This document shows positions 37,970-47,539 of a stretch of DNA of 64,000 nt, one piece after another; within the stretch, counting starts at the first letter, position 1; each line of letters begins with the position of its first letter. The stretch covers positions 7,254-71,253 of IMG/VR virus record IMGVR_UViG_3300031784_000023, one strand, 5' to 3'. Position numbers and translations under genes: made by a program. The notes beneath the pieces were generated by a model, which worked only from the letters and a program-made list of their open reading frames with translations, did not search any database and was not told the DNA's origin. The DNA comes from a virus.

Positions 37970-38496
37970 GCTTTCTCCTCGTTCTCGATAGTTGTCCAAA
38001 CTAAGACGGCAGCCTCGTCAACTAATTGTTGGAGACCAGGCTGCCCATCGAGGGTGTTGATCAATTCGCGAATAGTACGATCGGCGCCGGCAAGGATCAA
38101 GCCACGCCGGTCTAAACCATCTGCAATAGATCGTACAGCTTGAATATGGCTACGAAGTTCTTTCTGAACCGCTGAAATTTTTGTCGCCGCTGATGCAGGG
38201 TCGAGCATTTGATTTTGTACCATGTCCCGTACATTTCTGATGTCAATTTGTAAGTCATCAATCTCACGGAGTAATACTTTACGGAGATCTTCTTTGGGAA
38301 ATTTCTCCTGAATCCACGCCGTCAGGTCCGCGATGCTACCGGTGTAACCAGGACGCAAAAACCTGGCATACAGATATGCCTCAATATCGCTGGTGGCGTT
38401 CTTGGCGTAATGAATAAACGCATCTTTGTTCGACGCGTCAAGAGAAGCTAACCACGCGGCAACCGTGGTTGAATCCCCGATTGTCGATTTAATCAC
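37966..38496 (-). CDS. Hypothetical helical protein
   Basis: GTGA-coupled ORF. Confidence 0.65.
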   Translation of the reverse strand: MIKSTIGDSTTVAAWLASLDASNKDAFIHYAKNATSDIEAYLYARFLRPGYTGSIADLTAWIQEKFPKEDLRKVLLREIDDLQIDIRNVRDMVQNQMLDPASAATKISAVQKELRSHIQAVRSIADGLDRRGLILAGADRTIRELINTLDGQPGLQQLVDEAAVLVWTTIENEEKA

Positions 38497-39239
38497 GCAA
38501 AGCCTCCGGCGCCAAGAGCAGCACCCCGAGCCTCACGACGCATTGCTAGTTCTTTCTCACCCTGACCTTTAAGGAGCGCAAGGTTCTTACCGATATCTAA
38601 GTTGGCTTGCGTCTGCGCAAGAACCTGTGCGTTACGGGTATTAGCGGCGCTAGTCCCTACGTCCGTAATACCTTTAGCTAAATTAGTGTATTGCAGACCC
38701 AGAACGTCTGCGCCCTTCTTAGCTAAATCAGCTTGAGTTTCACCGCCAAGAAGTTCTAAAGCGGTGCGTCCTTTAGCCGCCAATCCCTGCTGCCCGATCG
38801 CCTCCTCGGCGAATTTCATCATGGGACCGGTTAAAGCACCCGCCATTTGAGACTCTTTAGAGCGAGCCCCGGTAAACATGTCGTAAACAGACTGACCGAT
38901 AAGATTAGTCTGTGCGGCTTCAGCACCCAAATAAGGGGCTAAATTTGCCATTAACTCCTGACCCGCGTAAGTAAGACGCGTATTAATTGGAGCTAATTTT
39001 GTATACAGACCCTGAAGTTCGGTTTGTGCGGCTTGGGCTTGTGCTTGCGAATTTCCGCCAATAGCGCTACCTAAGAAATTAAGTCCCGCGCCGGCGAGCA
39101 TAAAAGGACCGAGACCGGCCAAAGCTCCGGCCCCAGCGGCTGCTCCTCCTGCTGCACCGCCGCCGGCTAACGCACCGGTGCCCGTCAAATTGGCTAATGT
39201 ACTGGCCCCAAAACCAGGAGCAATCCCAAAAAGTGACAT
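38493..39239 (-). CDS. A/G/Q-rich putative internal virion (ejection) protein
   Basis: Gly-rich hydrophobic N-terminus followed by AQ-rich helix. Confidence 0.6.
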   Translation of the reverse strand: MSLFGIAPGFGASTLANLTGTGALAGGGAAGGAAAGAGALAGLGPFMLAGAGLNFLGSAIGGNSQAQAQAAQTELQGLYTKLAPINTRLTYAGQELMANLAPYLGAEAAQTNLIGQSVYDMFTGARSKESQMAGALTGPMMKFAEEAIGQQGLAAKGRTALELLGGETQADLAKKGADVLGLQYTNLAKGITDVGTSAANTRNAQVLAQTQANLDIGKNLALLKGQGEKELAMRREARGAALGAGGFA

Positions 39240-39243
39240 TAGA

Positions 39244-39999
39244 TTAGCCCTTCCTTACACCAATGTTACTAAAAGGCTGCATAGCAGCCGAAAGCGTAGA
39301 ACTCAATGCAGACGCACTAGGCGGTGCAAAGGCTGCGACAGTCGCCGCTCCGAGACCAGTGGCCATAGCTGCGTTAGCGTTGTACATCGCAATCTGCCGC
39401 TCTTTCCACGCGTCGATGTTTGCTTTCTCAATATCGCGTGCGTAACGAGCCCGTTCGCCCTGACGAGTTAACTCAGAAGTTACAATCTGAGACTTCAGAA
39501 GATTCTGAAGCCGCATCTCTTCAACCTGACGAAGCCGCTCGGGATCGCCAAGTTCCTTTAAATAGTTAACGAGGTCCTCAACAGTCTTGTCCTGCTGCTG
39601 CGGAATCGTAGTCCCCGAATACGGAGCCGTGGTCGGAGGCAGTGTAGTCGAAGGCGGAGGCGGAAGAGTAGGTGCCGGAGGCGCAGTTCCAGGAGTTATA
39701 GTTCCAGTTTCACCGGCAGGTGTTGCAGATGTTGCAGGTGCTTTTGCGGGCGGTTTAGCAGCCGGACGATTTTCGTCAGGATCGAAACCCTCTAGATATG
39801 AAGCTTTGGCATAGAGTTCAGCCGGCGTTTTCGCTCCGGTCTTGCCTTCAAAGTACTTTGGAGTAACCGTAGAGTAGTAACTTTCGGGACTCTGCCACCC
39901 GTAATAAGGGCCGGCCCACAAAACGGGTTTGCCTTCCAGAATGGCGAGCTGACCGGTCTCTCTAGTCCAGCTTGAAGGCTCAAAAAAAGTGTCAGCCAT
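39244..39999 (-). CDS. Pro-rich hypothetical protein
   Basis: ORF track. Confidence 0.65.
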   Translation of the reverse strand: MADTFFEPSSWTRETGQLAILEGKPVLWAGPYYGWQSPESYYSTVTPKYFEGKTGAKTPAELYAKASYLEGFDPDENRPAAKPPAKAPATSATPAGETGTITPGTAPPAPTLPPPPSTTLPPTTAPYSGTTIPQQQDKTVEDLVNYLKELGDPERLRQVEEMRLQNLLKSQIVTSELTRQGERARYARDIEKANIDAWKERQIAMYNANAAMATGLGAATVAAFAPPSASALSSTLSAAMQPFSNIGVRKG

Positions 40000-40000
40000 G

Positions 40001-40702
40001 TCAGGGCACCTGGGTGGCGAGTTGCTGCAGCACAGAACTCTGAGCGAGGTTCTGCGGAGCAGTCAGATTTTGAATAGCAGTATTTAACAAACCTTGTGCT
40101 GTCGAGTACCCGGACTGTACTCGCTGCCGCTGAATGTCGCCGAGCGTGGAAAGTTCTTGCCGTTTAATCCCACCGCCAACTTCTAGCTCAGCTCGCTTGA
40201 GGTCGGCACCCAGTTCCATCTGCCGGATAGCAGCACTGATCTGCCCCTCTAAAGCTTTAAGAGCACGCTCACGAGCACCGAGCTCTTCAAGTTCAGCGCT
40301 GCGTCCGGCCCGAATCTGACCATAAACATCCTCGGCCGACGGACCAGCGTCAAGACCAAAGAACCGACCAAAACGCTGACGAGCTCGTTCCTGTTCAATC
40401 AGACGAGGAATCAGATCCTCGCTAAGAATGGCCTTAGAACCGGGGGCGTCAGAAGTCTCAGGAAGCTTGCCGCGAAACGCAGCAACTAAATCCGGAAGTG
40501 CCGCACCAGCCGCCGAGCTTAACAAAGGTGCGACGATATTCTGCCGGTTAAATCCAGGAGGAGTGGAACCGGCAGATAAATCCGGACCTGCAGTCTGAGA
40601 CTGTAAAACACTCTGGATAACGGCAGGAGCCACGCCGGCAGCGGTCAGCTGCGTGACTAACTGGACTAACCCACCTGCGGCGGGTGCAGCTGCGGCAACC
40701 AT
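40001..40702 (-). CDS. Hypothetical protein (possible internal virion protein)
   Basis: ORF track. Confidence 0.65.
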   Translation of the reverse strand: MVAAAAPAAGGLVQLVTQLTAAGVAPAVIQSVLQSQTAGPDLSAGSTPPGFNRQNIVAPLLSSAAGAALPDLVAAFRGKLPETSDAPGSKAILSEDLIPRLIEQERARQRFGRFFGLDAGPSAEDVYGQIRAGRSAELEELGARERALKALEGQISAAIRQMELGADLKRAELEVGGGIKRQELSTLGDIQRQRVQSGYSTAQGLLNTAIQNLTAPQNLAQSSVLQQLATQVP

Positions 40703-40705
40703 TAG

Positions 40706-40942
40706 TTACTGACCTCCCGGATTGTCATATTGAGTGCCCGAAAGAGCCATTTTCTTATTTGATTTTACTTGATCTTCCGGGTTATTAGTAGCAACCAGAT
40801 TCTGCGATTGTTCCGGCGAAGGTAACGCAGCTGTCTGAGGAAATGTAGAAGCTATATACATTTTTAAAAACGCACCAGGATCTAGTGCCGGTGCGTCACG
40901 GCGAACATCCCGTTCCCTAAGTTGTTGTTCTCTTAGAGTCAT
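40706..40942 (-). CDS. Hypothetical protein
   Basis: TAATG-coupled ORF. Confidence 0.6.
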   Translation of the reverse strand: MTLREQQLRERDVRRDAPALDPGAFLKMYIASTFPQTAALPSPEQSQNLVATNNPEDQVKSNKKMALSGTQYDNPGGQ

Positions 40943-41445
40943 TAGCCGAGATTCTGGAATGCCGCGCTGGGCGGAATGTTGTTAGACGCCGGGGCGTTCA
41001 GCATCGAATACTGACCGCCGTAGTTAGGCAGATCAAATTCGGCCGGACGCTGACGACTCAGATACTCTGCGCCTTCGTCACCCTGTTGGGTCAGATTTTG
41101 GATATACGAGAGGAACACGTCGATCAACGAAGGGTCTTGTAGAATCGCCGAAACAAGCTCTTCGATTTCTTCTGCGGCAGCTTCGTCAATGACGCCAGCC
41201 TGGAGACGTCGCTCCAGTTGCACCTTCATCTCAGGTTGAGACGTATCAGGATAAGCATTAAGCGACCGAGTCGGCTGTGTCATCATGCCGTTGCCTTCCA
41301 TACCAGGCATCGGAGGCGCAGCACGGTAGTAATTCTTGAGCACCGTGGCGACCATAGGAGTCGCAGCAGCACGCTCAGCCGGGGTCCGGGGAACAGGTAA
41401 ACCCAGGACGCGAGCCGCTAATTCGTAATCGGAGTCAGAGAACAT
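40942..41445 (-). CDS. Hypothetical protein
   Basis: ORF track. Confidence 0.65.
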   Translation of the reverse strand: MFSDSDYELAARVLGLPVPRTPAERAAATPMVATVLKNYYRAAPPMPGMEGNGMMTQPTRSLNAYPDTSQPEMKVQLERRLQAGVIDEAAAEEIEELVSAILQDPSLIDVFLSYIQNLTQQGDEGAEYLSRQRPAEFDLPNYGGQYSMLNAPASNNIPPSAAFQNLG

Positions 41446-41708
41446 GAACTAACGGCTACGTCTTCTAGTTCCATTTTAGTACGAAGCTTCAAGATTTCGC
41501 CGGGTTGTACCTCCAGTACGATGCAGATTTTCTCCAGCACTTCTGGACTCGGAATGTAGAACTCGTCCGAACAAATGTTGCGCGTCGTTGTCGGCGACAA
41601 GTCAGCTAACTTGCTGAGTCGAAAAGACGAAATCCCGCGCTCGGTCAGGATCTCGTCTAACCGGTTAACTAAGCGCCGCTCTGACGGACGAGAACTGTAA
41701 AAGGGCAC
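41418..41708 (-). CDS. Cro/C1-type HTH regulator
   Basis: RLDEILTERGISSFRLSKLADLSPTT...LEKICIVLEVQPGEIL. Confidence 0.85.
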   Translation of the reverse strand: MPFYSSRPSERRLVNRLDEILTERGISSFRLSKLADLSPTTTRNICSDEFYIPSPEVLEKICIVLEVQPGEILKLRTKMELEDVAVSSCSLTPITN

Positions 41709-41743
41709 AGCCGCTATTTAACTAATAGCTGTATCCTATCAAG

Positions 41744-42511
41744 CTAGAAACCTAAATTTTTAGCTCGCACGAATTCCAGGTTGTACGTGGTTAGACAGGG
41801 CGGGAACGCTGGGTTGTTAAACGGGTTTTTATAAGGTTTGCCTTCAACGTGTCCCTGCCACGCCTCGGACCATTTGGCGTGCATGTACGTTTTGTTGAGT
41901 TCGTGAGCCATGTGGATTTTATTGGCGAGCTCAGGTTCGGAACGCCAAGTTTGGGATCCGTCAGCGTAAGAGCCAGTCAATCCCCCGTGGTAATAGGGCA
42001 CACCGATTGACATGACGCGCTTGAAATCTTCGTCGTGTTGGAACCGCATACCCCAGTCAATATCTTCGCAATAGGCGGGGTACAGGTTTTCGTCAAACAG
42101 ACCGTATTTCTGGACTGCCCAGTCTTTCAGCAGGAATACGTCCCAGGCGCCGTTATCTCCATGTACCACGCCGACTTCGGGATCTTGGGCTTTCTCGTGC
42201 ATTGCTTTGAGAAAACCTGGAGTGAACATGACGTCATGGTTTACAATGAGCCAATACGGCGCATTCATAAAGCACTTGATCGTCAGGTTCCAATAGCCCG
42301 AGCAGCCGATGTTGGCGGGCAGGTGACAAACCTTGACGTTTTTGACGTATTTGTGCGGGATTTTTTTTAAGGCATCAAGCTCCTCGGTGATCTCATCACG
42401 TCCGTTGTTATTGAAGACAACGAAGGTGTCTACAGGGTAGTCTATGCTATAAAACAGTCTATAAACCCAATGAGGTGAGTTTACAACAGCTGTGCTAATA
42501 ATCGGAAACAT
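41744..42511 (-). CDS. GT2-like glycosyltransferase
   Basis: NIGCSGYWN...IVNHDV...GLFDENLYPAYCEDIDW. Confidence 0.85.
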   Translation of the reverse strand: MFPIISTAVVNSPHWVYRLFYSIDYPVDTFVVFNNNGRDEITEELDALKKIPHKYVKNVKVCHLPANIGCSGYWNLTIKCFMNAPYWLIVNHDVMFTPGFLKAMHEKAQDPEVGVVHGDNGAWDVFLLKDWAVQKYGLFDENLYPAYCEDIDWGMRFQHDEDFKRVMSIGVPYYHGGLTGSYADGSQTWRSEPELANKIHMAHELNKTYMHAKWSEAWQGHVEGKPYKNPFNNPAFPPCLTTYNLEFVRAKNLGF

Positions 42512-42542
42512 AAAACTTTAAAAGCTACCGGTATATTAGCAG

Positions 42543-42744
42543 TTAAAATTTAATTTTTGAAAAACGACGTACTGCGTCGTCTTCAGTGCGAGTCTTACTA
42601 AAGTAAGCAGCAGCCATAGAGATGGCTTGAGTAACGCTGTTGGAGCGGCGCTTCTTAGTTAGACCGAGGTACTCAGAAGCAATGAACAAAGAAAAAAAAG
42701 GCCAAGGTCTCGTGAGAAACCTTGACCCCAAGGATAGTAAGCAT
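42543..42744 (-). pseudogene. Small membrane-protein gene frameshifted in a T8 run
   Basis: MLTILGVKVSHETLAFF joins SLFIASEYLG only if one T is removed at 42692-42699. Confidence 0.45.
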
Positions 42745-42873
42745 TGTTTTAATAAAGGTAAGTATTATTAAAGGTTCAACAGGTAAGATCTAATACGTCT
42801 TCTTCGGGCCCCCCCTGGGACGTGGAGCACCTTGGTTGTGGGCTTAGATTTGACCACTAAGGCGGTTGTCAAA

Positions 42874-44175
42874 TCATTTAGCCACCCAGCCAGTATTACT
42901 GCCGCCAGATTGCTTGACGTACAGAGACGTTCCAGTACCCCCAGATTTGTTTAGGTACAACGATCCTGGATCGGCAGTTACAACTCCTTCTGGGCTGCCT
43001 GATCCTACGTAGATTCCAAAATCATTAAACGTTCCGCTAGTGGTTGAAAAACGTACACCGTTTTGAAAATATCCACGGTCATTTGAGAAGATAAATCCGT
43101 CTCCTTGTATGTATGCCCTTGCTGTTCCGCCGCTATCTTCACACGCTAAGGTTCTTGCGGCAGATGAGGCTGTGCTTCGCAACCGTAGGACACCGTTTCC
43201 ATTTCCAGTAAGAGCTTGCTTCTGAATCAATACACCTTGTCTGGTTTCGTAGCAGTTGCCAGATCCTAAATCGCTAATGTTAGTCGGCAAGATTACAAAT
43301 CCAGCGCCAATGATCTGGTTTTCAGATGAGTTTGCAGTGAACTGGATTTGGTAAGTACTTTGACTAACTGGACGTTCAATGCGAGGGTGGAAAATCAGAT
43401 TGTTATCGCCATTAATAATGGCTGCGACACCCAACGTGGAGTTATCCTCCAATGATGGTGCGTAGAAGCGATTGTTGTTGTTGCGATAAGTCGCGTAGTC
43501 GATCCAGATGTTGACTGTAGATACTGCTGGATATAAGCTGCTGTGGTTGTAAGTTCCCCCAAAAAATAGGTTTTCGTTTACATACCCGACACCAGAGGCC
43601 TGCAAATGTAGATTGTATCGGTTGTCGTGTAAAAATCCAAGGTGAATCTCGTTGTAACTGACGCCACCGTTACCTTGGTCTGCAAAGCAGAGTACACCAT
43701 CTTGGAATCCAGTGACCTGTCGAATATCGATGTATGACGCAACTAAGTTGCGAATCTGAACACCCACTGAACCGCTAGAAGTGTCGTTGTTCGTGCGGCG
43801 TACTTTGAGGCCAGTTACACGGTAGCCAAAATAATTTGTAGATGTACTCCCTATTCTAACTGCCGGGTTTCCAGTTGCTGTGACAATATCGCCAATAAAT
43901 TCGATGGTCGAATAGTTGGGCAAGTCAAAGGTAAGTGTTGACGACGTAAGGTAAGACCCTGCGTTTAAAACCAATCTAGGACGCGTTAATGTCTTGGCGT
44001 AAGTAATAGCAGCCTGAATAGCAGCCGTGTCATTAGCTACGCCATCCCCAACAGCCCCAAAGTCTTTAACACTCACCACATCTTGCAGCTTTGATTCGAC
44101 GGTGCGCTCTACGGCACCCGTGCCGCTCTGAACAAACTGCGAACCAGGACGCGTAACAAAATTCTGAGAAGCCAC
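42874..44175 (-). CDS. Second tailspike (beta-helix)
   Basis: GAVERTVESKLQDVVSVKDFGAVGDG; C-terminal GSPEGVVTADPGSLY...GWVAK. Confidence 0.85.
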   Translation of the reverse strand: MASQNFVTRPGSQFVQSGTGAVERTVESKLQDVVSVKDFGAVGDGVANDTAAIQAAITYAKTLTRPRLVLNAGSYLTSSTLTFDLPNYSTIEFIGDIVTATGNPAVRIGSTSTNYFGYRVTGLKVRRTNNDTSSGSVGVQIRNLVASYIDIRQVTGFQDGVLCFADQGNGGVSYNEIHLGFLHDNRYNLHLQASGVGYVNENLFFGGTYNHSSLYPAVSTVNIWIDYATYRNNNNRFYAPSLEDNSTLGVAAIINGDNNLIFHPRIERPVSQSTYQIQFTANSSENQIIGAGFVILPTNISDLGSGNCYETRQGVLIQKQALTGNGNGVLRLRSTASSAARTLACEDSGGTARAYIQGDGFIFSNDRGYFQNGVRFSTTSGTFNDFGIYVGSGSPEGVVTADPGSLYLNKSGGTGTSLYVKQSGGSNTGWVAK

Positions 44176-44258
44176 TGCGCCTTAAACCTTTTCCCTCAAT
44201 TATAAACCAAACCAACACCGACTAACTATGCTATCTTACTAACACAAATAACACTCCC

Positions 44259-44975
44259 ATGACAAAGCACCTCTGGGGTCCCGACAAAAAGCTCATCCTC
44301 CCGGTCCCAAACCCCGCATTCCTCATGAACAATGACGACTCAAGTTTTTGCCAAATGTTCCATGTCGGAATCCCTGAGCGTCCCCTAATTGAATTCTGCA
44401 AGCAACTCGCCGACAACACCAAACGCTTTATCGACGGCGGTGCCCATATGGGCGCATACAGCATTCTACTTGCTGACCACTTCGCCTCCGTGGAAGCGTT
44501 CGAAGCTCAGCGTCGTACCTACTTCCAGCTGTGCGGCAACATCTTCCTAAACGAAAAAACTAATATAACCCCGCACAACTTTGCCCTGACTAATCACGAG
44601 TACACATACGGTGACACAACGCTATACATCGTCAGTGATGATGGCGGCGGTTCTTCGGTCATCAAGCCCGACGAAGCCCAAATCAAATCAAAAGAAATCG
44701 TCGAGACCATCCATATCGACAACTTCGAGTGGTCCGACGTGGGCTTGATCAAACTAGATGTCGAAGGCGCAGAACTCGAAGCAATCCAAGGTGCACGCGA
44801 AACCTTAAAACGATGCGATTTCCCGCCAATCTTATTTGAGTCCAACGGGCCAGGCGCCCACAACCAAAAGCGCTCTGAGCTTTTTAAATATCTGATGAAC
44901 GCCCTGCCCTACCAAGTAGGCAACATCAAGGGCTACGACAACATGTTTATTGCTCTTCGACGGGAAGCTGCATAA
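44259..44975 (+). CDS. FkbM-family methyltransferase
   Basis: FIDGGAHMG...AFEA...LIKLDVEGAE. Confidence 0.88.
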   Translation: MTKHLWGPDKKLILPVPNPAFLMNNDDSSFCQMFHVGIPERPLIEFCKQLADNTKRFIDGGAHMGAYSILLADHFASVEAFEAQRRTYFQLCGNIFLNEKTNITPHNFALTNHEYTYGDTTLYIVSDDGGGSSVIKPDEAQIKSKEIVETIHIDNFEWSDVGLIKLDVEGAELEAIQGARETLKRCDFPPILFESNGPGAHNQKRSELFKYLMNALPYQVGNIKGYDNMFIALRREAA

Positions 44976-45396
44976 GATCCACGCCGGCTTCGCGCAGCAT
45001 GTCGACTGACAGATTGAAATTGGCTTGCCAGCGATCCGGTATTGGCAGCTCAGGTACGACAATACGCCTAACACCCGCCTGAATCATCAGCGTGGTGCAA
45101 TTACAGCACGGCAAAAAAGGCCAGACGTAAACCGTAGACCCGGACATATCGATACCAAACCGAGCAGCTTGCGCAACAATATTCGCCTCAGCGTAAACTG
45201 TGCGCAAATACTTTTCGTCCCGGTTATTAAGCCGTCCAGGTAAATCAGCAATACCCCGAGGTAGCCCGTTGTATCCGGTCGCTAAAACACGTCGATCTTT
45301 AACTGCGACAGCCCCGACCTTTGTGGAGGGATCGAGGCTCCAATCACTGATGTGTTTTGCTAGGTCTAGAAACCTGCGATCCCACTTTTCCGTCAT
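44947..45396 (-). CDS. dCMP deaminase family protein
   Basis: SLDPSTKVGA...TGYNG...YAEAN...PCCNC. Confidence 0.85.
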   Translation of the reverse strand: MTEKWDRRFLDLAKHISDWSLDPSTKVGAVAVKDRRVLATGYNGLPRGIADLPGRLNNRDEKYLRTVYAEANIVAQAARFGIDMSGSTVYVWPFLPCCNCTTLMIQAGVRRIVVPELPIPDRWQANFNLSVDMLREAGVDLMQLPVEEQ

Positions 45397-45839
45397 ACAA
45401 ATGCGACTCGATCAGCTTTCGGGTCATCGCAGGCATATACCATGCCCGGCACCCACTCCTCCATTTTACCGTTATCCAGCTTGACGATGTAGCGCCATTG
45501 CGGTTTTCCGTCCCTCCTTAACGTCTTCTTATACCCTGTAACAACGCCTTTCTTATTAGGTAGGGACATCCCGGCCGAACACGTACGTTTGGCAATCCGT
45601 TCGCCCACGGCGAATCTCATATTTGGCTGTTCAGTTGCAGTCATACAGACTCCGTTGTCCCTCAACATGTTTAACACGGCTGCCATACGAGCGGGAGAAT
45701 CCAGAATCTCATCTTTAAAATCTTCATGCCAAAAGGCGTAGAGCCCGAGCTCAAGCAGATTTGGATTGTGCTCGGGCATTGCGCTCCATACGAGCCTTGT
45801 GGATCCGAAGCCTACACAAGCCCCGGTAGAAAAAACCAA
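45393..45839 (-). CDS. Hypothetical protein (start uncertain)
   Basis: ORF track. Confidence 0.5.
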   Translation of the reverse strand: MVFSTGACVGFGSTRLVWSAMPEHNPNLLELGLYAFWHEDFKDEILDSPARMAAVLNMLRDNGVCMTATEQPNMRFAVGERIAKRTCSAGMSLPNKKGVVTGYKKTLRRDGKPQWRYIVKLDNGKMEEWVPGMVYACDDPKADRVAFV

Positions 45840-46047
45840 AATGTTCGGCGCTCGTCACCTTTGTCTGCTTTCCGCAGAGCGGGCACTCGGCAATAAAAAA
45901 CTGCGGGTCACGCGCCGAGTACTCCCCGTTGCGCTTGCCGCAGTCCAGACACGCGTGCTTGGCAGTTTTCAGTTTATCCAGCTGTTCCTGGATAGCTTCC
46001 ATCGAGGATGCCGCGCAAATACTGAGCAGTAATATAGCAGTCCTCAC
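45751..46047 (-). CDS. Zn-ribbon protein (start uncertain)
   Basis: CLDC...CPLC. Confidence 0.55.
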   Translation of the reverse strand: MRTAILLLSICAASSMEAIQEQLDKLKTAKHACLDCGKRNGEYSARDPQFFIAECPLCGKQTKVTSAEHFGFFYRGLCRLRIHKARMERNARAQSKSA

Positions 46048-46207
46048 TCAGCACATCGGCTTGCGCCTCGCGATACAGCGCCTCAATCCACTCGGCTGTA
46101 GCCTCCATCACCACGCGGGCTTCCGAAAGGTACGAGTACCAATCCTGCGACTCATGAGACTCGGCTAGTTGCAGAGCAACGTATTTAAGCAGAGGATGTG
46201 TTTCCAT
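45974..46207 (-). CDS. Hypothetical protein
   Basis: ORF directly downstream of tRNA. Confidence 0.55.
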   Translation of the reverse strand: METHPLLKYVALQLAESHESQDWYSYLSEARVVMEATAEWIEALYREAQADVLSEDCYITAQYLRGILDGSYPGTAG

Positions 46208-46225
46208 GTGATTTGATTAATTGGA

Positions 46226-46307
46226 TACCCAGGACGAGACTCGAACTCGTACAGCATAACGCCTCAGCATTTTAAGTGCTGTGTGTCTACCATTCCACCA
46301 CCTGGGC
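46226..46307 (-). tRNA. trnL: tRNA-Leu(UAA), intron-less
   Basis: GCCCAGG/CCTGGGT acceptor stem, GGTGGAATGGTAGACAC D arm, CAGCA-CTTAAAA-TGCTG anticodon arm, long variable arm, GTTCGAGTC. Confidence 0.95.
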
Positions 46308-46357
46308 ATCCCGCTAGATTAGCCCAAAATTTTCGGTCCGCAACAAACCTGTAACAA

Positions 46358-46588
46358 TCAACCGGCCGACAGCTTGCCTTCCCTAATTGCCTTTTTTACA
46401 AAGTACAACTCCTTTTCCCGCACCAGATGCCAAGAACTCACATAGCACTTGTCGCCCCACACCGACTCGATTACGACTGAGTCTCCGTCGTTGTGTGGGC
46501 CAGAACGTACGTTTTCAGCTATTGCCACGTCAAAATCAAATTCACAGTTGTCTGCGTTTGTTTGTTCTGTCATACTGCTACTACCCAA
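46358..46588 (-). CDS. Hypothetical protein
   Basis: ORF track. Confidence 0.5.
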   Translation of the reverse strand: MGSSSMTEQTNADNCEFDFDVAIAENVRSGPHNDGDSVVIESVWGDKCYVSSWHLVREKELYFVKKAIREGKLSAG

Positions 46589-46599
46589 GTTCTACCCCC

Positions 46600-47214
46600 G
46601 TGCCGCACAGTCTAGACCCAAAGTACAACATTCACAATGACTGGGTGCGCAATCTGGTCTCCGCGTGGGAACTCGCTAGATCGGAGCCTAAAGCACCAGA
46701 ACTTCACTTTAATCCACTCGACCAACGAATTATCGTCGAAATTGGAATTTATGAGGGAGCCTCAACAGTTTGGTTCTCCGACAACCTGTTGGAGCACCCC
46801 TACAGCAGACTGATCAGTATCGACCCGTTCACCGGCTCACCAGAACAACAGAACGACCTCCTGCAGCATCCCACGCTGTCCCAGATCGAATTCACAGCCC
46901 GAACCAACGTAGCCAAGTCTGCGTGGCCCGGCAAGGTCTCAATCCACAAAGGCTGCTCTTGGGACCTCTACCCAGACCTCAAGGCCGAGTTCACTGACGG
47001 CATCGACATCCTGTACATCGATGGTGCACACGACACCGTCTCCGTTATGAGGGACATCATGCTGTACGTACCCCACGTCAAATCCGGTGGTGCCGTCTTG
47101 TTCGACGACTACGGCCACCCTGACGTCAAAAATGCCGTTGATGCCTGTGTTACCGCATGTGGCTTGACAAAAGGCGTATACTGCGGCTGGCAACTCTGGA
47201 CTGTCAAGCAATGA
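46600..47214 (+). CDS. Class I SAM methyltransferase (Methyltransf_24-like)
   Basis: VEIGIYEGAS...SIDPF...ILYIDGAH...GGAVLFDDY. Confidence 0.88.
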   Translation: MPHSLDPKYNIHNDWVRNLVSAWELARSEPKAPELHFNPLDQRIIVEIGIYEGASTVWFSDNLLEHPYSRLISIDPFTGSPEQQNDLLQHPTLSQIEFTARTNVAKSAWPGKVSIHKGCSWDLYPDLKAEFTDGIDILYIDGAHDTVSVMRDIMLYVPHVKSGGAVLFDDYGHPDVKNAVDACVTACGLTKGVYCGWQLWTVKQ

Positions 47215-47314
47215 CACTCCCTCTCTTCCTTTATCTATCCATCGCTTATGTCCTGACGTGTTTAGTAATGCTCTGGATTGCTTCTAAAATCCTTCCCTGA
47301 ACCTCAACAACATC

Positions 47315-47539
47315 ATGTTCATCGATACAGACTTTGATTCTGTGTACAAACAAAGCCGATACGAACGTCTCGAAAACTGCATCTTTGAATATTTCGACGG
47401 CGAACAAGGCTTTCGCGATCTTACCTTGGATCTGACCGCCATCCTGACCGAAGAAAAAGCACACCTCGAACCCCGTCTCAAATTTATCTCCACAGCCTTA
47501 GCCGCCGTTGAGAACTTTAAAAACACAGAATCCAAATGA
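47315..47539 (+). CDS. Hypothetical protein
   Basis: Coupled ORF. Confidence 0.6.
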   Translation: MFIDTDFDSVYKQSRYERLENCIFEYFDGEQGFRDLTLDLTAILTEEKAHLEPRLKFISTALAAVENFKNTESK

